Shown here piece by piece: positions 38,019 through 47,377 of a DNA stretch of 64,000 nucleotides. A model generated the notes under the pieces. The model was not told the DNA's origin and made no database searches. It saw only the letters and a program-made list of their open reading frames with translations. Location of the stretch: assembly GCA_965215515.1 (NCBI GenBank), contig OZ244057.1, positions 1,760,001 to 1,824,000 of the forward strand. Direction: 5' to 3'. Each line of letters opens with the position of its first letter. Position 1 is the stretch's first letter. This stretch comes from Oligoflexales bacterium (GTDB lineage: Bacteria; Bdellovibrionota_B; Oligoflexia; Oligoflexales; JAPPIL01). Made by a program: the position numbers and the translations under genes.

Positions 38019-38753
38019 TCAATTGTGCTGGGAGGCGGGAAAAATAACCGCAATCCGTGCTTTTGCTAGCAACGCAGAGTTGTCGCGGGCAAACTCCCGC
38101 CAAGCACGGTCATCTACTTCCAGCACGGCGGGGGAAATTTCCCGCACCGTCAGTTCTTGTGTGCGTTGTCCGACGTAGCGGCTCAGCTGTGGTGCGGACA
38201 TGTGACGAAAGTAACGACCCATCAAGCCGCGGCGAAAATATTCCTCCTGCACCATGCTGGCATCGAAGTAGCGTCGTCCGCTTTTCCCTCTTATCTCGTA
38301 TACCGCACGGGGCGGGAAGTAGTGCACGGCACGCAGAATCAACCCCGAATGGCGTGCCTGTGGCAGTTGCACCTTGGCCGCGCCGCGCACGGCAACAGCA
38401 AAAACGTTGGCTAACGAGCTGTTGAAGGTGAGTCGCACACGGCGATCGCTGAAAAAAAACGTCTCTTGCAGTTGTAGGTTGCGGAAAACAAGGTTTGTCA
38501 CCTGTTGTGGCACGATGCCCGTCGCGGTGGGATGATGTTGTGCGTAGAGGTGTGGCATCACTCGCTGCAGATGTCGAAAACCCTGCCACCAAGCCAGTTT
38601 CTCCAATTTCACCCACGTCGTGCCGTGTGCCGTGCCGTGAAATGCAAGCCGTAACTGCGACCAGTTGAGTCGTACCCCTTCGTGCTCGGTAACCACCTGC
38701 TGTGCCGTGAGCGGCGTGCTCGCCCACAACAGGATGAGGGTCAGTTTACGCAT
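38019..38753 (-). CDS. Secreted hypothetical protein (weak LPP20-family resemblance)
   Basis: Signal peptide MRKLTLILLWASTPLTA; SGLILRA...GLMGRY. Confidence 0.6.
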   Translation of the reverse strand: MRKLTLILLWASTPLTAQQVVTEHEGVRLNWSQLRLAFHGTAHGTTWVKLEKLAWWQGFRHLQRVMPHLYAQHHPTATGIVPQQVTNLVFRNLQLQETFFFSDRRVRLTFNSSLANVFAVAVRGAAKVQLPQARHSGLILRAVHYFPPRAVYEIRGKSGRRYFDASMVQEEYFRRGLMGRYFRHMSAPQLSRYVGQRTQELTVREISPAVLEVDDRAWREFARDNSALLAKARIAVIFPASQHN

Positions 38754-39657
38754 GTCCCAGATCACGACTGATGAACCCCGCCAGCCGTGACACCGTTACG
38801 GCGTTGCCTGCGATAATATTACCGCCTTCGATGTTGAAGTCGGTGGCTGAGTAGTAGTTGCGCACTTTACCGCCTGCCTCCGTGACCAGCAACCAGCCCG
38901 CCGCGACATCCCACGGTTTTAGCCCTTGTTCCCAGAAACCATCGTAGACACCACGTGCTACCAGGGCAAGATCGAGAGCCGAAGCTCCGTCACTTCTGAC
39001 CGAGCTGTCCGAGCCTTGCGTCACGAGATCACTGCATACCAGTTCACCGCTGGTCGCCTGTTCGCGCACTGTGCCGAGACCTGTGGCTAGAAAACTATCC
39101 TGCAGCTCTCGCTCATCGGCGACCTTGAGACGTACCCCGTTGCAAAAAGCCCCGCCACCCTGATAGGCGAGATATGTCGTGTTATCGACAGGGTTATGAA
39201 TTCCACCCGCCAAGGTCACCATGCGCCCGCTAGCACGCACCTCCGCGAGGGCAACCGAGACGCAGTAGAAAGGGTAGTTGTTAGCGAAGTTGGTCGTGCC
39301 ATCGAGTGGATCGATAAGCCAAACGTAGTCGCCTTTCTGGCGTGCGGCAAATTTCCAGTCGGGCTCGCTCGCTTCCTCCTGCCCCCCGTCGTCATCGAGG
39401 GTGAGAGGGAAAGTCGTCATGGCAGAGGCGAGGCTGCAGCCAGATTCTTCAGAATAAACGTAGTCGTTGCCGAAGAGGCTTTTGATCTGTTCGACAACAA
39501 CCCTTTCACTCGCCATATCCGCAGCGGTAACCAGCGAGCGATCTTTCTTCTGCCTGACTTGCAGATGGGTTGAGATGCAGGCGGTGATCTCCTTACCAGC
39601 CTTGCCTAGCAGTGTCTCGAGAAAAGCAAACAGCTTATCCTGGGAACGTGATAACAA
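38746..39657 (-). CDS. suhB: Inositol monophosphatase family protein
   Basis: LVTAAD, EES, WLIDPLDGTTNF, GASALDLALVARG, WDVAAG. Confidence 0.9.
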   Translation of the reverse strand: MLSRSQDKLFAFLETLLGKAGKEITACISTHLQVRQKKDRSLVTAADMASERVVVEQIKSLFGNDYVYSEESGCSLASAMTTFPLTLDDDGGQEEASEPDWKFAARQKGDYVWLIDPLDGTTNFANNYPFYCVSVALAEVRASGRMVTLAGGIHNPVDNTTYLAYQGGGAFCNGVRLKVADERELQDSFLATGLGTVREQATSGELVCSDLVTQGSDSSVRSDGASALDLALVARGVYDGFWEQGLKPWDVAAGWLLVTEAGGKVRNYYSATDFNIEGGNIIAGNAVTVSRLAGFISRDLGHA

Positions 39658-39714
39658 AAAAACACTCCTTGCGATTCCCCGTGCTCTGCACTTGCTGTAT
39701 AATGAAGAGCGTGG

Positions 39715-40437
39715 GTGTCACTGTTGCAAAGTCTACCGCACATGCTTCAGACAGGAACAGATGCAGTAATAGATAATGTCAGGACATATTGCAAAGCAAA
39801 TCAATACGACAGTGCCCGCAAACTCCTGTCCGCCGCGCTGGTAGCTGACCCTGACAACGCCCGCCTGCATTTTTGGTTAGGCAAGACGTGGCATCACTGT
39901 AACAAGTTTACCGAAGCACTGGCAGCATTCAACCTTGCCCTCAAAGCCGATGCTAATTGCGCCGAAGCGGCCATCTGTCTCATCGCACTCTACTGTGATC
40001 TCGGCCGCTATCAGGACGGGATAGAACTCTACACCCAGCTGCGCCGCTACCACGATCCCGCCCGCGGGCTGCATAAGCTGGCACTGCACAAGCTTGCCCA
40101 ACAGCACATGCGTTGCGGCGACCTCTACGTGCAGATGGGCAAACGGCCTGAAGCGCAGCGCGAATATCAACGTGCCCTCCTCCTTGCACGCGACAACAGC
40201 ACCTGTCGTTTGCGGCTTGCTGTATCTTGTTATTTTGCGGTCAGTCTTGATCGTGGGCGCGAGGAGATCGATACCGTGCTTGCCGCGGAGCCAGAACATT
40301 TCGAGGCACTGTTGTGGTCGGGGTTGGCCTTTTACCAGCAAGATGACCAGCAGCGCGCTACCGAACAGTGGGAGAAGGCTCGCCGTCTACGCCCCCAAGA
40401 CGCGACGGTACGAGCGCTTATCAGGATGAATGCGTGA
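39715..40437 (+). CDS. TPR protein
   Basis: Repeated TPR helices; TGTATAAT just upstream. Confidence 0.8.
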   Translation: MSLLQSLPHMLQTGTDAVIDNVRTYCKANQYDSARKLLSAALVADPDNARLHFWLGKTWHHCNKFTEALAAFNLALKADANCAEAAICLIALYCDLGRYQDGIELYTQLRRYHDPARGLHKLALHKLAQQHMRCGDLYVQMGKRPEAQREYQRALLLARDNSTCRLRLAVSCYFAVSLDRGREEIDTVLAAEPEHFEALLWSGLAFYQQDDQQRATEQWEKARRLRPQDATVRALIRMNA

Positions 40438-40928
40438 TGCAAATTTCACCGCGACAGCTCGACAACTACCGCCACTGGTGCGCGGCACGTGGCCTGCCTT
40501 TCGCTGACGATGCTTGTCCGTTCTGTGCCTTTCGTCCTCAAGGTCGGAGTGAACTGCGCATCTGTGCCTACAGCTTGATCGCCGTCGAATTCCAACAGCT
40601 GCACGAGACTGTTCCTGCCTTGCGTCCGTTTCAGCACACTCGCCTCTTCACCTGTCCTGCAGCTGCGGGACAACTATGTACCTTGCAACGACGTGATTTG
40701 CGCAGAGTGAAGACCATCGTTTTGTTGGGTAATCTCTCCGCCCAGCTGGTCACGGGGACACGCCACTTTGCTCGTCAGCAGGGTCGCCCTTACCACAGCG
40801 CGGGTTGGGATAACGTTACCTTCATGTTGACCTTTCATCCCGCTGACCTGCGGCGTTATCCGCCTGCACACACCCTGTGGCGACAGGATTTGCAGCGAGC
40901 TGGCTGTCGTGTGGTGCAAGATGGGTAG
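40437..40928 (+). CDS. Degenerate uracil-DNA glycosylase superfamily protein
   Basis: IVLLGNLSAQLVTG...QGR...TFHPADLRRYP...DL matches family-4 UDG C-terminal half. Confidence 0.6.
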   Translation: MQISPRQLDNYRHWCAARGLPFADDACPFCAFRPQGRSELRICAYSLIAVEFQQLHETVPALRPFQHTRLFTCPAAAGQLCTLQRRDLRRVKTIVLLGNLSAQLVTGTRHFARQQGRPYHSAGWDNVTFMLTFHPADLRRYPPAHTLWRQDLQRAGCRVVQDG

Positions 40929-42252
40929 AGTGCTCCTGCTATCCCTGTGTTTCCTGTGCAGTATGCGGACGGGGCAGGCCCGTGCCGACAAGACACCGAT
41001 TTGGCTGGAGCTGTCCGTCGGGATTATCAGTACCGCAACAGTAGAGATGTTGACACGGGCGGTGGAAACGGTCACGACAGAAAACTATCAGGGTTTGTTG
41101 ATTAAGCTCGACACCCCTGGCGGTGCACTGGAAGCGACACGCAAGATTGTGCAGCAGATGTTTTCCGCCCCTTTCCCGATCGTCGTGTGGGTGGGGCCTG
41201 GCGGTGCGCATGCGGGCAGTGCGGGGGCCTTTGTGACGATGGCGGCGACGGTCGCGGCGATGGCTCCAGGCACCAATATCGGTGCTGCACACCCCGTGCA
41301 AGCGGGAGGTAGGGATGTGGACGAGGAGGAAAAGGTTGGCGAAAAGATTATCAACGATACCGTCGCTTTCATCGAATCGATTGCCGCAGTGCGCCAGCGC
41401 GATGTCGAGATGGCACGTTCGTTTGTCATCACCTCGATGTCGATTACGGCTGAAGAGGCACTAGAGCACAAGGTCATCGATCTCCTTGCCAGTAGTCGTG
41501 AGCAGTTGTTGGAGAAGTTGCACGGGCGGGAGGTGACTCAACAGGAGCGCACGATGACTGTCGTCTCTGCGCAAGCCCGTATCGTTTCTTACCAGCCTTC
41601 GCTGCGCCAGAAAGCGTTAGAACTGCTCGGCAACCCTAATCTTTTTTACCTACTCTTTCTGGCGGGATTGATCGGGCTTGGGTTTGAGCTGACCCACCCT
41701 GGGGCGCTGTTCCCTGGCATTTTTGGGGCGATCTGTCTGCTGTTGGCGTTGATTTCAACTGCCGCGTTGCCTGTCAGTTTTGGGGCTGCGGCACTGATTA
41801 TCCTTGGGTTTGTATTGTTGATTGCCGAAGTATTTGTCCCGAGTTTCGGTATCCTCGGCATCGGCGGGGTGGTGGCGTTTCTGGTCGGCTCGGTGTTTCT
41901 CGTCGATCCCGACAACACCCACGGTTTGCGGGTGTCTTGGTATACGATCGCCCCTGGTGCGATCACTATCTGTGCGTTTGCCCTGACCATCGGCTATCTG
42001 ATCACCAAAAGTATTAGAGCGAAGGTTCGTTCTGGTGCAGAGACTATCGTCGGGGCACAAGGCACTGCGTTGCAGGATTTTCACTCCGATGGCACAGGAC
42101 AAATTCGTGTACTGGGCGAAGTGTGGGCCGCCGCATCATCCTCCGCCCCTCATCCTGTGGCTGGTGAGCAGGTCGAGGTGCTTGCCGTGCAGGGCTTGCA
42201 GCTGACAGTAGCCAAAACCACCCTAGAACCACCCGACACCCCTCAGGTATAG
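40921..42252 (+). CDS. nfeD: NfeD family membrane-bound ClpP-class protease (long form)
   Basis: LDTPGG, AGSAG, MAPGTNIGAAHPV, TM region, C-terminal GEVWAA OB fold. Confidence 0.92.
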   Translation: MGRVLLLSLCFLCSMRTGQARADKTPIWLELSVGIISTATVEMLTRAVETVTTENYQGLLIKLDTPGGALEATRKIVQQMFSAPFPIVVWVGPGGAHAGSAGAFVTMAATVAAMAPGTNIGAAHPVQAGGRDVDEEEKVGEKIINDTVAFIESIAAVRQRDVEMARSFVITSMSITAEEALEHKVIDLLASSREQLLEKLHGREVTQQERTMTVVSAQARIVSYQPSLRQKALELLGNPNLFYLLFLAGLIGLGFELTHPGALFPGIFGAICLLLALISTAALPVSFGAAALIILGFVLLIAEVFVPSFGILGIGGVVAFLVGSVFLVDPDNTHGLRVSWYTIAPGAITICAFALTIGYLITKSIRAKVRSGAETIVGAQGTALQDFHSDGTGQIRVLGEVWAAASSSAPHPVAGEQVEVLAVQGLQLTVAKTTLEPPDTPQV

Positions 42253-42502
42253 TTCCTCTCCTGAATCACGTGAGTAGTGCGAAGGGGTATCTACAGGATC
42301 AACTTTCCCTATCTCATCGCCTTCACACCTAGGAGGTATATGGGGTTTCAACAGGCTGGGTAGACTGTCCGTTTTTTGGGGGCAACTCCAACTTGTACCA
42401 CCTGTGCGAACAAAACGGCAAAGTGAGCGAAGATCGCCACATCGAAGTCAAAGCTTGTGGCAAAGGAAAGTGTCGATGAGCGGATAATCTGCACAGCAGC
42501 GA

Positions 42503-42844
42503 CTAGTCTAGCAAAAAACCTTTGTCGGGCGAGTACTGGTCTTGAAAATCGAGATCGATGTCAACTTGTCCCTCTTTGATACGGGTTTGGCAGCCGAGAC
42601 GTATTGAGCCGTCGGTAGGGAGGTGCATGCTGGCGAGCAAGGCACGCTCATCGTCAGCCATCGGGGTAAGGTTGGCTGCGGGCTCGACCCGCACGGCACA
42701 CGTACCACAGCGGCAGGAGACGCATCCGTAGCGCATTTTAATTTTACCTTTACGGGCCGCAACCAGTATCTTACAACCCGTGTTGACGGAAACACTTTTG
42801 TTGCTCGGTTTAAAAACAAATTCAGCCACTTTTAATTTAGCCAA
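42503..42844 (-). CDS. 2Fe-2S ferredoxin
   Basis: CVSCRCGTC and RLGCQ. Confidence 0.9.
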   Translation of the reverse strand: MAKLKVAEFVFKPSNKSVSVNTGCKILVAARKGKIKMRYGCVSCRCGTCAVRVEPAANLTPMADDERALLASMHLPTDGSIRLGCQTRIKEGQVDIDLDFQDQYSPDKGFLLD

Positions 42845-43902
42845 TCTTGCAGTTTTACGGTAAATTTTTTATTGAGCCTGTGTGATGCACGGCGAAAAAC
42901 TTTTATTGCAGGATTTTTTAGAATTTTTTTCCATGCGTTCCATTCTTCTTGCATTGTTTTGATGGTATAAGGGGAGTTAGAAGACTTCGAACCCTTTGAA
43001 AACGTGTAGTTGTTGAACAAATACACGGAGGTGTGCTTGAGCCATTTGTAGCTCGGCAATTCATTACTGTGTTCAGGAATTTTAAAGAACACGATAATGT
43101 CACCGTAATTTAATGCAGTGGTACGTGGGTTTATCTCGTAGAAATTTTCATCCAACACTCGCCACAACTCATCATGATTGATCATAGCACGATGGTATCC
43201 TGTCTCTTCTTTAACATTCAAGAACGTAGATTTCGGGAAGGATGGGTCTTGAAAAGCAAGCACGGCGTGAAAACAGTTAGGGCCGCGAAAAATAGTGTAA
43301 CGCTTTACCATACGAGCAGCAAAACTAGGCAGCAACTCTCTGTCTACAACAATATGCGATGAAGTTAACAGTTTTTTTCTTATTTTCTTCAGCCCCCTCG
43401 AGGAGAAAAAATATTTCATTTGATTAAGCAGAAGATATTTTTTGTTTGCCTTCATTTTTGGGGGAAAAGCTAACAGGCGATGGTGGTAGGAAGAGAACAT
43501 CTGCGTTAGTTTTTGTGGGTCAACGTGGCGCAAAATTTCTGGTGTGATAACTATATCTCGTGCATTTTTGCTGGTCGGTATATTTTTCTTAATGCCGTGG
43601 TAGAGGTACACTGTGTGTCCACGGCGAGAGAGTTGTTCGCTAAATAATCTTAGCGATTTTTCTTTAATTTTTAGTTTGACGGGTTCAACTCGTGGATCAG
43701 AGCGGTAACGCATGACACGTGATTTTATTTTAGAAAAAGAAATTTTTATTTTTTCGATTGAATCACGCAGTGGCAATCTCAAACCAGGTGATAGGCTTGA
43801 AATATCTCTGACGAATGAATTTTTGGCTGCAATTTTTCCTGTAGCCGACTCTGCGGGGCAGAGAAGCGCGAGCGACAGCAGCAAACATTTTCTGTTTTTC
43901 AT
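42832..43902 (-). CDS. Secreted hypothetical protein with NlpC/P60-like Cys-His C-terminal domain
   Basis: Signal peptide; GPNCFHAVL...GDIIVF...HTSVYL...FSKG; AT-rich. Confidence 0.6.
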   Translation of the reverse strand: MKNRKCLLLSLALLCPAESATGKIAAKNSFVRDISSLSPGLRLPLRDSIEKIKISFSKIKSRVMRYRSDPRVEPVKLKIKEKSLRLFSEQLSRRGHTVYLYHGIKKNIPTSKNARDIVITPEILRHVDPQKLTQMFSSYHHRLLAFPPKMKANKKYLLLNQMKYFFSSRGLKKIRKKLLTSSHIVVDRELLPSFAARMVKRYTIFRGPNCFHAVLAFQDPSFPKSTFLNVKEETGYHRAMINHDELWRVLDENFYEINPRTTALNYGDIIVFFKIPEHSNELPSYKWLKHTSVYLFNNYTFSKGSKSSNSPYTIKTMQEEWNAWKKILKNPAIKVFRRASHRLNKKFTVKLQDWLN

Positions 43903-44076
43903 AATGCAACCAATACTGGGCTACGCTGTGGTTTCGGAATTTAGGGGCACTATGTTAGCTTTAATTGGGGAATTTTTACGATGATATTGCTATCTTGCTG
44001 TTGGCATTAGGGCGACAGAAATGGTTTTGCTTAGCAAAATATGTGTGCTAAAATGAAAGAAAGGGGGGTGAGTGTT

Positions 44077-44787
44077 ATGGCAAAGCTTCTTATTGCTGAT
44101 AGCAGCAAGGCTAGTTTGGTGATGAGTACAGAGGTTTTTAAAGAAAAAATCTCAGGGATTTCTATCTCAGTAGCTGATAATGGTCGTGATTTCTTGCAAA
44201 TGTTACCAGAGGTTGCGCCTGATATTGGTATTGTCGATTTTGATTTGCCTGATGTAGATGGTACAACTTTGGTAAAGTATGCACGTGAAATCTTTGACGG
44301 GCCAATTCTACTTACCGCTTACCTTGACGACAAAATAAAAAAAATAATTAATCGTGAATTGTTTGCTTACGAACAGGAAGGTGTATGTATAGCAAAGCCG
44401 ATAAAATTCGAAAAAATGGCCGCGGCTATCGATCGTTTTTTAGTTTCTGGTAAACGTATTTTGAAAAGATTTCAAGCTAAGGGAGATTTACGTTTGCTGC
44501 ATAGCAATGAAAACATCAGCTTAACTAAAGGCAAGCTGATAAACATCAGTGTCGGTGGGGCGTGTGTGCGATATGATGATGAGTTTGATGCTTCATGCAA
44601 AAATTGTGTGATTACTTTGGCTATGCGTTTGTCCCAGCCAGATAGTAATAGTATGACGACAAAATTACCAGGTAAGATATGCTGGATTGATCCTCAACAA
44701 AAAATGCTAGGCATAAAGTTCATACAACTTTCTGAACCGCGTAAACATGCTCTGGAAAAGTTTTTGCGTTTGAGTGCTGGTCTTTGA
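44077..44787 (+). CDS. Response regulator receiver + PilZ
   Basis: LLIAD, IVDFDLPDVDG, LTAY, KP; RILKR and NISVGG. Confidence 0.85.
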   Translation: MAKLLIADSSKASLVMSTEVFKEKISGISISVADNGRDFLQMLPEVAPDIGIVDFDLPDVDGTTLVKYAREIFDGPILLTAYLDDKIKKIINRELFAYEQEGVCIAKPIKFEKMAAAIDRFLVSGKRILKRFQAKGDLRLLHSNENISLTKGKLINISVGGACVRYDDEFDASCKNCVITLAMRLSQPDSNSMTTKLPGKICWIDPQQKMLGIKFIQLSEPRKHALEKFLRLSAGL

Positions 44788-45449
44788 GAAGTGTTGCACG
44801 CTGGCATTACCCTGCTGTTTTACTGTTAACTTTTGTCATACCGATAGTTCTTGCCCATCTATACAATGTGATTCCTCTCCAAACGTGGTTGGCTGCGGCG
44901 ATTGTTAACTCAGTTTTGTCTTTGTTATTGCTTATTGTCTATCGAGATAAAGTTGCGGCGTGGTTTTTCACTCGTCATAGTTATCTGTTTTACCTTCCTG
45001 CCTTAGCGGTGTTTATTTTTTGTGTTCTTGCAATTTTGGTAAGTTCGTTTTACAGTGATCCTTTACGAGGGACGGTGTCTGTGCCTCAGTACCTCTGGTT
45101 GTTGTGGATTCCTATTGTTGAAGAGATTGTTTTTCGTCTCGGCATTGGCAGTTGGTTGCGCGGTTGGGCGGGTAATTTTTGGGGTGGTTATTGTGCCGCG
45201 TTGTGTTTTGCCTTGGCCCACACCTTGCCGACTTGGCAACGACTCACTGCTGGTGAAATAGGTGTTCCTGTAGGGGTGCTGTTGTTGGGAGTGATATGTG
45301 AGTTTCTTTTTGTGCGCAGCAAGAGCCTTATGCCTTGTATTGTTTTCCACGCTGCTTGTAATGCTAGTGTGCCGTTGTTTACTTATTTTGATCAGAGATG
45401 GTTTGCGTGGTTGAGTTTGTTGTTTCAAACTAAGGTTACCTCGTCATGA
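44784..45449 (+). CDS. CPBP (CAAX/Abi) intramembrane glutamic endopeptidase
   Basis: EEIVFR, FALAH, HAACN. Confidence 0.88.
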   Translation: MRSVARWHYPAVLLLTFVIPIVLAHLYNVIPLQTWLAAAIVNSVLSLLLLIVYRDKVAAWFFTRHSYLFYLPALAVFIFCVLAILVSSFYSDPLRGTVSVPQYLWLLWIPIVEEIVFRLGIGSWLRGWAGNFWGGYCAALCFALAHTLPTWQRLTAGEIGVPVGVLLLGVICEFLFVRSKSLMPCIVFHAACNASVPLFTYFDQRWFAWLSLLFQTKVTSS

Positions 45450-45673
45450 ATGTGTCGGACAAAAAAAAGGCACGTATTCTCAAGTTGCAGCGTGTGGTTT
45501 GCATTTGCAAGGGTATCCCGCTAGGCAAAGTCTTGCCTGCCGTGCTGCGTAGTCGCACCGTTGAGGAGGTCAACCGCCGTGCAGGCACAGGACAGGGAGG
45601 GTGCGCAGGACGGCGTTGCGGGCCACGCATCAAAACCCTGCTGGCCAAATCCCAACAACTGTCTAAAAAATAA
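45446..45673 (+). CDS. BFD-like [2Fe-2S]-binding protein
   Basis: VCICKG...AGTGQGGCAGRRC. Confidence 0.8.
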   Translation: MNVSDKKKARILKLQRVVCICKGIPLGKVLPAVLRSRTVEEVNRRAGTGQGGCAGRRCGPRIKTLLAKSQQLSKK

Positions 45674-45768
45674 ACAGATAGAACGTACACACTAGTCTTC
45701 GTAACATGAGGAGTTTCGTGTGCTATATTTTTGGTACACCTTTTGCACGGAATATGTCGGAGGCATGT

Positions 45769-47376
45769 ATGCGGATTACCGTGCTGATATCGATGATGAT
45801 GTTAACAGCTTGTATCTTTGACATAAGAACGAAGTCGCAGCAAGATCGTGTGCAGGTAGTAGATGCTTTTTTTGAATTACAGGTGCTTTATCATCTCGCG
45901 TTTGAAAAGCATATCTACGTTAATCTTGAGGGGTTATATGACTTAGAACAAAAAACTGCGAGAGCGTTGCATGACAATACGATACCTTCTGCGCATGTAG
46001 AGCGAGTGAAAAAGTGGCATCACAAGCTACGTAGTTACATTATTTTTCTGTTGGCTATGCGGCCCATCGATGATAATGGGATAATCAAAACAAAAATGTC
46101 TTCGTTGCTGTTGCATCAACTGCGCAGTGAATCTCCTGATCACATCGACCTTACGCTTTCTAAGCAAAGCTTTTATCAAGATATGCGGCAGGGAAAAGTT
46201 TCTACAATGGATTTCTCGGAAGAAAGCGTACAGAAATTTTTTGCTAATTTTATAACAACGGTGATGTCTGTGACCGAGCAGACGATAAGCAAGTATCAGA
46301 GCTTGTTCACTTTTGAGCCACACACACTGGCTGGCTTGTGTTACCAGGCAGGATATGATGGTTGCCAGCGCTTTGAAATTGGCGATAATACGGCCCAAGA
46401 CGGTAAAACAGCTGAGCTAGAAAACGTCATGATGCTAGTTAATACAACTGCTAACAGTCTAAATAAGATTATTACTAATTTGCAACTTTTAGAGACACAT
46501 AAGCCTGTCCACGACAAGGAAGAGAAACGGCAACGCGATGAGATACACCGCAATATTCAATATCAGAAATACGAATTAATCTTGTTGAAGGCAGCGCAGC
46601 AGGGGATTCTGCCCATATTTTTTACCGATGTATTTAAAGAAAAAAGCGGTAGTGTGCAACTAGATATTACCGAAAATTTTCAACATGCAGACAACAAATT
46701 GCTGACGGAAATCACGGCTACTGCTCTTAGACAAGCGGTTGTTGAATTAAAAAAAGAACTACTTGTGCATTGGCATGAAATAAAAAAAATACAGCAACAC
46801 CATCGTAAATTAAGCGAAAGAGATATGTACATCTGGGCAAGCAACAACGAAGTTGCTACGGCACGTTTGCTAGTGCAAAGTCCTGAATATGCCCCTGTAG
46901 TTAGTTATCTTTTTCACAAATATGAACATAAAGTTAACGATAGGAAATTTCACAAAATAGTTAAGGCAACTCTAACCACGGTTGGTCTAGGCACGCTGGG
47001 ACTGTTCGCGATGAGTTTCACTCCCATTTTTCCTATTAATGCTGCACTCAGCAAGGCGATTGTTATCAGTGCGGCGGCAAACTTCGGTTGGATTGGGCTC
47101 AATTTAAGTGAAAGCGTTGTTGCTCACAGCCGTCATCTTATGATGGAACGAGCTTTGCTCAGCGGAACTTCACAACAGATAGGGGAAAATCTCAAAATGC
47201 TACAGGAGTTTGAGGCCGCCCGTAAGAATGCCATTTTATCAGGCGTAATCGGTTTAACTATGACAGCCGCTTCTTACAATCAGGTTTTGAAAAGCCTCAA
47301 CAGCAGTAGCCGTCCGTTTATCTCCAACTACATTCAAGACCTATTTAAACCCAAGACGAACACAGATGGCGAATAG
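45769..47376 (+). CDS. Hypothetical helical lipoprotein with C-terminal hydrophobic segments
   Basis: MLTAC lipobox; GGAGG RBS; AT-rich. Confidence 0.7.
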   Translation: MRITVLISMMMLTACIFDIRTKSQQDRVQVVDAFFELQVLYHLAFEKHIYVNLEGLYDLEQKTARALHDNTIPSAHVERVKKWHHKLRSYIIFLLAMRPIDDNGIIKTKMSSLLLHQLRSESPDHIDLTLSKQSFYQDMRQGKVSTMDFSEESVQKFFANFITTVMSVTEQTISKYQSLFTFEPHTLAGLCYQAGYDGCQRFEIGDNTAQDGKTAELENVMMLVNTTANSLNKIITNLQLLETHKPVHDKEEKRQRDEIHRNIQYQKYELILLKAAQQGILPIFFTDVFKEKSGSVQLDITENFQHADNKLLTEITATALRQAVVELKKELLVHWHEIKKIQQHHRKLSERDMYIWASNNEVATARLLVQSPEYAPVVSYLFHKYEHKVNDRKFHKIVKATLTTVGLGTLGLFAMSFTPIFPINAALSKAIVISAAANFGWIGLNLSESVVAHSRHLMMERALLSGTSQQIGENLKMLQEFEAARKNAILSGVIGLTMTAASYNQVLKSLNSSSRPFISNYIQDLFKPKTNTDGE

Positions 47377-47377
47377 A

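Noticed and set aside
42417..42470. c-di-GMP-I riboswitch (GGCAAA...CAAAGC)
   Set aside because: Lacks the GAAA-capped stem and GACGCAAAGC motif, and there is no downstream gene on that strand
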